Source: a virus
Taxonomy: Duplodnaviria; Caudoviricetes
Reading direction: 5' to 3' (one strand)
DNA length: 64,000 nt
IMG/VR virus record: IMGVR_UViG_2837678835_000002
Span: 346-64,345 of that record
Shown: in pieces, positions 58,156 to 64,000 of the stretch
Numbering within the stretch: the stretch's first letter is position 1
How the letters are laid out: each line of letters starts with the position of its first letter
Translations under genes and position numbers: made by a program
Notes under the pieces: generated by a model
Told to the model about the DNA's origin: nothing
What the model saw: only the letters and a program-made list of their open reading frames with translations
Database searches by the model: none

Positions 58156-58785
58156 ATGGCGATCGAGGCCTTCAGCGAGGAGCGATTTCCGCTGCGCATC
58201 GCCTTCGGCACCAGCGGCGGGCCGGAGCGGCGCACCGACATCGTCCGGCTTTCAACGGGGTTCGAGGCGCGCAACCAGCGCCAGGCCCGCTCGATGCGCC
58301 GCTACGATGCGGGCTCGGGCCTGAAGAGCCTCGCGGATCTCGCAGCCGTCCTCGAATTCTTCGAGGCGATGCGCGGGCGGCTGACGGCATTCCGCTTTCG
58401 CGATCCGCTCGACCATGCGTCGGCGCGCCTCGGTCAGCCGATCACGCCGCTCGACCAACGGATCGGCACCGGCGACGGCGAAACCCGGGAATTTCCGCTG
58501 GCCAAGCTCTATGGCAGCGGCGAAGGCGCCTATCGACGACCGATCGAAAAGCCCGTCGCCGGCAGCGTCCGCATCGCGATCGCGGGGGCGGAGACCGTCG
58601 CGTCCGTCGATGCGACGACCGGTCTCGTCGGCTTCGAGGTGGCCCCTGCACTGGGCGCGGCAATCACCGCCGGCTTCGAATTCGACGTGCCGGTTCGCTT
58701 CGACACCGACCAGATCGCCATCAACATCGCCGCCTTCGAGGCCGGCGACATCCCGACCATTCCGCTGATCGAGGTGCGGCCATGA
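58156..58785 (+). CDS. GTA distal tail protein (g12, DUF2460)
   Basis: GGPERRTDIV...RRYDAG...FRFRDPLD...GFEFDVPVRFDTD. Confidence 0.95.
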   Translation: MAIEAFSEERFPLRIAFGTSGGPERRTDIVRLSTGFEARNQRQARSMRRYDAGSGLKSLADLAAVLEFFEAMRGRLTAFRFRDPLDHASARLGQPITPLDQRIGTGDGETREFPLAKLYGSGEGAYRRPIEKPVAGSVRIAIAGAETVASVDATTGLVGFEVAPALGAAITAGFEFDVPVRFDTDQIAINIAAFEAGDIPTIPLIEVRP

Positions 58786-59672
58786 GGACGCTTCCGCCGG
58801 AGCTTGCAGCGGCGATCGAGCGGCCGGTGACGACGCTCGCCAATTGCTGGCGCCTGACGAGGCGCGACGGGATGGTGTTCGGCTTCACCGACCATGACGA
58901 GGCGATCAGCTTCGACGACACGCGCTTCGAGGCGGCGACGGGGCTTTCCGCCAGCGAGGCCGAGGCGGCCCTCGGGCTCGGTGCGACGACCGGCGAGGTC
59001 GAAGGCGCGCTCTCCGCCGCCGCGATCGACGAGGCCGACATCGCCGCCGGCCGCTTCGACGGCGCTAGGATCGAGACCTTCGTCGTCGACTGGCAGAACG
59101 TCTCTGCCCATGTCAGGGTCGACGTGTCGGATCTCGGCGAGGTTCGGCGCGGCGAGACCGCCTTCACCGCCGAGCTGAGGAGCATCGTCGCACGTCTCGA
59201 GGCAGTGCGCGGCAGGCTCTATCGCCGGCGCTGCGACGCCGTGCTCGGCGACGCCCGCTGCCGCGTCGACCTCTCCGCGCCGCCCTTCACGGTCGATTGC
59301 GAGGTTCATGCTGCCGGCGACGGCTGGGTCGAGACCGCGACCGGGCTTGGCGCGGCGCCCGATCGCTACGCCTTCGGGCGGTTGACGATGCACGGCGGGG
59401 AGGCGGCCGGTCTCGCCGCGGACATCGCCTCGGCCGTCGCGCTCGCCACGGGACGGGTGCGGTTCACGCTTGCCGAGACGATCGTCGCGAGGATCGCGGC
59501 CGGCGACCCTTTCCGCATCGTCCAGGGCTGCGACAAGCGCTTTGCGACCTGTCGGGATCGCTTCGCCAACCAGCTGAACTTTCGCGGCTTTCCTCATATT
59601 CCCGGCACCGATGCCGGGCTGGCGATCGCCAAGACCGGCGGGCGCAACGACGGCTCGCCGGTGGTGCGATGA
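58782..59672 (+). CDS. GTA baseplate hub (g13, DUF2163)
   Basis: CWRLTRRDG..FGFTDHD...CDAVLGDARC...GCDKRFATC...NFRGFPHIPG. Confidence 0.95.
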   Translation: MRTLPPELAAAIERPVTTLANCWRLTRRDGMVFGFTDHDEAISFDDTRFEAATGLSASEAEAALGLGATTGEVEGALSAAAIDEADIAAGRFDGARIETFVVDWQNVSAHVRVDVSDLGEVRRGETAFTAELRSIVARLEAVRGRLYRRRCDAVLGDARCRVDLSAPPFTVDCEVHAAGDGWVETATGLGAAPDRYAFGRLTMHGGEAAGLAADIASAVALATGRVRFTLAETIVARIAAGDPFRIVQGCDKRFATCRDRFANQLNFRGFPHIPGTDAGLAIAKTGGRNDGSPVVR

Positions 59673-60115
59673 GCAAGGATAACCGCCTGCGCGCCCTCGG
59701 GATCGCGCGAAGCTGGCTCGGCACCCCCTACCGGCACCAGGGCTCGACGAAAGGCATCGGATGCGACTGCCTCGGCCTGCTTCGCGGCGTCTGGCGCGAG
59801 CTTTGCGGCGCCGAGCCCGAGGAGCCGGGCGCCTATGCCAGGTCCTGGAGCCTGCGGGCCGGGCCGGACAGGCTGATGGACGCGGCGCAGCAGCACCTTG
59901 TGCCGGTTGAGCCGGACAGTGCGATGCCGGGCGATGTCCTGTTGTTTCGCTGGCGAAGCGGCGCGCCGGCCACCCATTGTGCCATCCTCGACGAGGGCGG
60001 CCGGATCATCCACGCCTATCAGGGCGCCGCCGTCGTCTCGACGGCGCTGCCGAAAAGCTGGCGGGGGCGGATCGCCGGCGCCTTCCGTTACCCGTCCAGC
60101 CAGCTTGTGGAGTGA
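59669..60115 (+). CDS. GTA NlpC/P60 peptidase (g14)
   Basis: ARSWLGTPYRHQGSTKGIGCDCLGLLRGVWR. Confidence 0.95.
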   Translation: MSKDNRLRALGIARSWLGTPYRHQGSTKGIGCDCLGLLRGVWRELCGAEPEEPGAYARSWSLRAGPDRLMDAAQQHLVPVEPDSAMPGDVLLFRWRSGAPATHCAILDEGGRIIHAYQGAAVVSTALPKSWRGRIAGAFRYPSSQLVE

Positions 60116-60118
60116 ACC

Positions 60119-63100
60119 TTGGCGACCATCGTTCTGCAGGCGGCGGGCGCGGCGCTCGGCAGCTTTCTCGGCGGCCCGATCGGCGCGGTGATCGGCCGGG
60201 CGGCCGGCGCGCTCGCCGGCTCGGCCATCGACCGCCAGCTGTTCGCCGAGACCCGGCGCTTCGAGGGGCCGCGGCTCGAGACCGCGCGGATCATGACGGC
60301 CGACGAGGGCGGCGGCATCGCCCGCGTCTACGGCACGGCGCGGGTGGCCGGGCAGGTGATCTGGACGACCCGCTTCGAGGAGGAGAAGGAAACCGAACGG
60401 CAGGGCGGCAAGGGCGGCGAGCCCGCCACCGAAGTCACCACCTACAGCTATTTCGGCAATGTCGCCGTCGGGCTCTGCGAAGGGCCGGTGGCGGCGATCC
60501 GGCGGATCTGGGCAGATGGCGAGGAGATCGACCTCTCCGAAATTGACGTCCGCTTCTATCCGGGCGACGAGGACCAGCTGCCGGACCCGCTGATCGAGGT
60601 GAAGCAGGGCGCCGGCAATGCGCCTGCCTATCGCGGGCTCGCCTATCTCGTCTTCGAGCGCCTGCCGCTCGAAAGCTGGGGCAACCGCATCCCGCAGATC
60701 GCCTGCGAGGTGCTGCGGCCGATCGGCGAGCTCGAAGAGCGGCTGCGTGCCGTCACCATCATCCCCGGTGCCAGCGAGCACGGGCTCGATCCGAAACCCG
60801 TCCGCGAGCGGCTGGCGGAAGGCGAGGACCGGCTGATCAACCGCAATATCCTCTTCGGCGACAGCGACCTCGTCGCCTCCATCGACGAACTGGTCGCGCT
60901 CTGCCCCGATCTGGAACGGGCGGCGCTGGTCGTCTCGTGGTTCGGCGACGACCTTCGCGCCGGCACCTGCAGGATCCGCCCGAAGGTCGAAACCGCCCGG
61001 CGCGACGAGAGCGAGGACTGGCGGGTCAGCGGCCTCCGGCGCGGCGATGCCGCAACGGTCTCCAGCCTCGATGGCAGCCCGGCCTATGGCGGCACGCCGA
61101 GCGATGCCGGCGTCATCCGCGCCATCGCGGCGCTGAAGGACCGCGGACTGAAGGTCACCTTCTACCCGTTTCTGCTGATGGACATCCCCGCCGGCAACGG
61201 CCTGCCGGACCCTTATGGCGACACGGAACAGGCCGCCTTTCCCTGGCGCGGGAGGATCAGTCTCGACGTCGCCGTCGGCCGGGCGGGCAGCGCTGACGGA
61301 ACCGCGGCGGCGCGGGACGCGATCGCGGCCTTTCTCGGCAATGCCGCGCCCGGCGACTTCACGATCGACGGCAGCCGCATCAACTATTCCGGCCCGGCCG
61401 AATGGTCCTATCGGCGGATGATCTTCCACCAGGCGCATCTTGCCGCGCGCGGCGGCGCCGACGCCTTCGTCATCGGCTCGGAGCTGCATGGCCTCACCCG
61501 CATCCGCGACGAGGCGGGACGCTTTCCCTTCGTCGAGGGGCTGATCGCCATTGCCGAAGGCGTGAGACAGATCCTGCCGGACGCGACCATCACCTATGCC
61601 GCCGACTGGAGCGAGTATTTCGGCTATCATCCCGAGGACGGCTCGGGCGACGTCTTCTTCAATCTCGATCCGCTCTGGGCCTTTTCGGCAATCGATGCCA
61701 TCGGGATCGACAACTATCTGCCGATCGCCGACTGGCGCGACGGCGATCCAGAGCCCGAGGCGCCCTCCATCCACGATCGCGCCGGGCTCGCCGCCGGCAT
61801 CGCCGCGGGCGAATATTTCGACTGGTACTATGAAAGCGAGGCCGACCGGGCGGAGAAGCAGCGCAAGCCGATCTCCGACGGGGCCCATGGCAAGCCCTGG
61901 GTCTTCCGGCCGAAGGATCTCGTCTCCTGGTGGTCGAACGAACATTTCGAGCGCCGCGGCGGCTTAGAGCTTGCCGAACCGACCGCCTATGTGCCGATGG
62001 CAAAGCCGCTCTGGCTGACCGAACTCGGCTGTCCGGCGATCGACAAGGGGCCGAACCAGCCCAACCTCTTCGTTGATCCGAAGTCCTCCGAAAGCGCCTT
62101 TCCGCATTTTTCGACCGGCGGGCGCGACGACCTTGTCCAGCGGCGGTTTCTCGCGGCGCATCTCGGCCACTGGACGCCCGGCCACGCCGGATTTTCCGAT
62201 GCGGCGAACCCGCTCTCGCCGCTCTATGGCGGGCGGATGGTCGATCCGGCGGCGATCCATCTCTGGACCTTCGACGCGCGGCCGTTTCCCGCCTTTCCCG
62301 GACGCAACGACGTCTGGAGCGACGGCGAGAACTGGCGGCTCGGCCACTGGCTGACCGGCCGGCTCGCCGATGCGCCGCTCGACCGGCTGGTCGCCGCGAT
62401 CCTCGAAGGTCATGGCATCTCCGACTACGACCTGACGGGGCTCGACGCCGTGCTCGGCGGCTGGGTGGAGACCGGCCCGGCCTCGGCGCGCGACAGCCTC
62501 GAAAGCCTGTTCCAGCTTGTCGGCGCCGTCGGCCATGTCGAAGACGGCAGGCTCGTCGCGCACTCGCTGCAGCGGCTGCGTGCCGGCAGCGCGGTCACCG
62601 CTTTCGTCGACGCCGACGACGAGCCCTATGTCGAATTGCGCCGGGCGGAGGCGGCAGAGACCGTCGATGCCGTGGCGCTGTCCTTCCTCGATCCGTGGCG
62701 CGACTATCAGGCGGGCAGCGCCGAGGCGATGCGGGCGAGCGTCGGCTCGCCGCGCCGCCAGATCGTCAGCGTGCCGGCGGTGCTCGGCGAGAGCGAGGCG
62801 ATCAGCCTTGCAGCGGGGATCCTCGCCGAAAGCGGCGCCGTCTCCGAAACGGCAAGCTTCGCGGTGCCGGCGAGCCTTCTGTCGCTCAGCGTCGGCGACG
62901 TCCTCTCGCTCGGCGGTCATGGCGGCGAATGGCTGGTGACGCGGATCGAGACGGGGCTGTCCCAGCGGGTGACGGCCCGGCGCCTGCCTGCATGGCGCGG
63001 CAGCGTCCCCGGCGGCGATGCGATCGTCACCACCACGCCCACCCGGCCGAACCTTGCCTCGCGCCCCTTCGCGGCCTTCCTCGACCTGCCGCTGCCGCCG

Positions 63101-64000
63101 GGCGAAAGCGGGTTCGACGGTGCCAGGGTCGCCGTCGGGGCCTCGCCCTTCGCCGGATACGAGGTCGCGAGCCTTTCCAACGATGGCGTGCTGAAACCGC
63201 GTGCGCGCGTCTCACGGCCTGCCATCCTCGGCCGGCTGACCTCCGACCTCCTGCCCGGCCCCGAAGGGCGGGTCGACCCCGCCAACGCCTTCACCGTGTC
63301 GCTGCCACGGGGCGCGCTTGCCTCGGTCTCGCCGGCATCGCTCTTTGCGGGCGGCAATGTCTGTGCCGTCGAATGCGCCGATGGCGGGTTCGAGGTGCTG
63401 CAGTTCGAGAGCGCCGCGGAAATCGCGCCGGGAGAATTCCGGCTGAGCCGCCTCCTCAGGGCGCAGGGCGGGACCGAGGATGCGATGGCGGCGGGCGCTC
63501 TGACCGGCGCGTTGTTCGCCCTTCTCGACGGGTCGAGCGAGGCGTTAAGTGTCACCGCCGGCGAGATCGGCCGCGTCCTCGACTATCGCGTGCAGCCGCT
63601 CGGCCGCAGCCGAAGCGACGCGGCGGTCGTCTCGCAGAGCCACGCCATCGGTGCGCGGTCGGTGCGGCCGCTCTCGCCGGTGCATCTCTCCGCCGATTTT
63701 GCCGGCGACGGAGCGATTTCGCTCGCCTGGATCCGGCGCACGCGCATCGGTGGCGACAACTGGGCGGCGAACGAGGTGCCGCTCGGCGAAGAGGCGGAAC
63801 GCTACCGGGTCGAGATCGGCGACGGCGCGGGGAGCAATCTGACCGTAGAGACCGTCGAGCCCCGTTACAACCTTTCGACGGCAGCCCAGATCGACCGCTT
63901 CGGCGCGCTGCCGGCGGCGCTCGACATCGCCGTCGCCCAGCTCAGCCCGGTCTGGGGCGCCGGCACGGTGCGGCGTGCCCGCTTCCTTCGGCCGCTGTGA
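60119..64000 (+). CDS. GTA baseplate megatron / TIM-barrel host-specificity protein (g15)
   Basis: GQVIW, APAYRGLAY, YGGTPSD, YAADWSEYFG, GIDNYLP, NWRLGHWLTGR, WIRRTRIGGD. Confidence 0.96.
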   Translation: MATIVLQAAGAALGSFLGGPIGAVIGRAAGALAGSAIDRQLFAETRRFEGPRLETARIMTADEGGGIARVYGTARVAGQVIWTTRFEEEKETERQGGKGGEPATEVTTYSYFGNVAVGLCEGPVAAIRRIWADGEEIDLSEIDVRFYPGDEDQLPDPLIEVKQGAGNAPAYRGLAYLVFERLPLESWGNRIPQIACEVLRPIGELEERLRAVTIIPGASEHGLDPKPVRERLAEGEDRLINRNILFGDSDLVASIDELVALCPDLERAALVVSWFGDDLRAGTCRIRPKVETARRDESEDWRVSGLRRGDAATVSSLDGSPAYGGTPSDAGVIRAIAALKDRGLKVTFYPFLLMDIPAGNGLPDPYGDTEQAAFPWRGRISLDVAVGRAGSADGTAAARDAIAAFLGNAAPGDFTIDGSRINYSGPAEWSYRRMIFHQAHLAARGGADAFVIGSELHGLTRIRDEAGRFPFVEGLIAIAEGVRQILPDATITYAADWSEYFGYHPEDGSGDVFFNLDPLWAFSAIDAIGIDNYLPIADWRDGDPEPEAPSIHDRAGLAAGIAAGEYFDWYYESEADRAEKQRKPISDGAHGKPWVFRPKDLVSWWSNEHFERRGGLELAEPTAYVPMAKPLWLTELGCPAIDKGPNQPNLFVDPKSSESAFPHFSTGGRDDLVQRRFLAAHLGHWTPGHAGFSDAANPLSPLYGGRMVDPAAIHLWTFDARPFPAFPGRNDVWSDGENWRLGHWLTGRLADAPLDRLVAAILEGHGISDYDLTGLDAVLGGWVETGPASARDSLESLFQLVGAVGHVEDGRLVAHSLQRLRAGSAVTAFVDADDEPYVELRRAEAAETVDAVALSFLDPWRDYQAGSAEAMRASVGSPRRQIVSVPAVLGESEAISLAAGILAESGAVSETASFAVPASLLSLSVGDVLSLGGHGGEWLVTRIETGLSQRVTARRLPAWRGSVPGGDAIVTTTPTRPNLASRPFAAFLDLPLPPGESGFDGARVAVGASPFAGYEVASLSNDGVLKPRARVSRPAILGRLTSDLLPGPEGRVDPANAFTVSLPRGALASVSPASLFAGGNVCAVECADGGFEVLQFESAAEIAPGEFRLSRLLRAQGGTEDAMAAGALTGALFALLDGSSEALSVTAGEIGRVLDYRVQPLGRSRSDAAVVSQSHAIGARSVRPLSPVHLSADFAGDGAISLAWIRRTRIGGDNWAANEVPLGEEAERYRVEIGDGAGSNLTVETVEPRYNLSTAAQIDRFGALPAALDIAVAQLSPVWGAGTVRRARFLRPL

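Noticed and set aside
86-63842. Most remaining overlapping ORFs in the six-frame track
   Set aside because: Expected shadows of high-GC coding sequence, without motifs or operon coupling.
1-64000. CRISPR array, rRNA, integrase-type att sites
   Set aside because: No repeat-spacer array, rRNA-like sequence or site-specific integrase seen; the element's boundaries are explained by DDE transposition.

Overview
GC-rich alphaproteobacterial (Hyphomicrobiales-like) chromosomal region. An RcGTA-type gene transfer agent cluster (g1/g2 terminase at 1-1690; protease, capsid, neck, tail and megatron at 52.4-64 kb) is split inside its portal gene by an apparently complete 49,171-bp transposable (Mu-like, siphoviral-tail) prophage. 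The prophage runs 2810-51980, with TG...CA ends, a 5-bp target duplication CGACT and Mu-like transposase-binding repeats. It carries the usual repressor/Ner/ParB/A/B/GemA/Mor-C, lysis, head and tail modules. Less usual cargo: a MuF protein with a C-terminal BECR-like nuclease domain followed at once by a compact cloverleaf/kissing-loop RNA candidate; a tRNA(CAU), a ~255-nt structured RNA candidate and an acyl carrier protein gene inside the head operon; an antisense moron between the terminase genes that is spanned by a doubly coupled sense-strand bridge ORF; a 3.3-kaa tail fibre with a recent internal duplication; a relic second Mu right end; and lower-GC defence-like morons at both ends. All family assignments come from motif recognition by eye, with no database searches.
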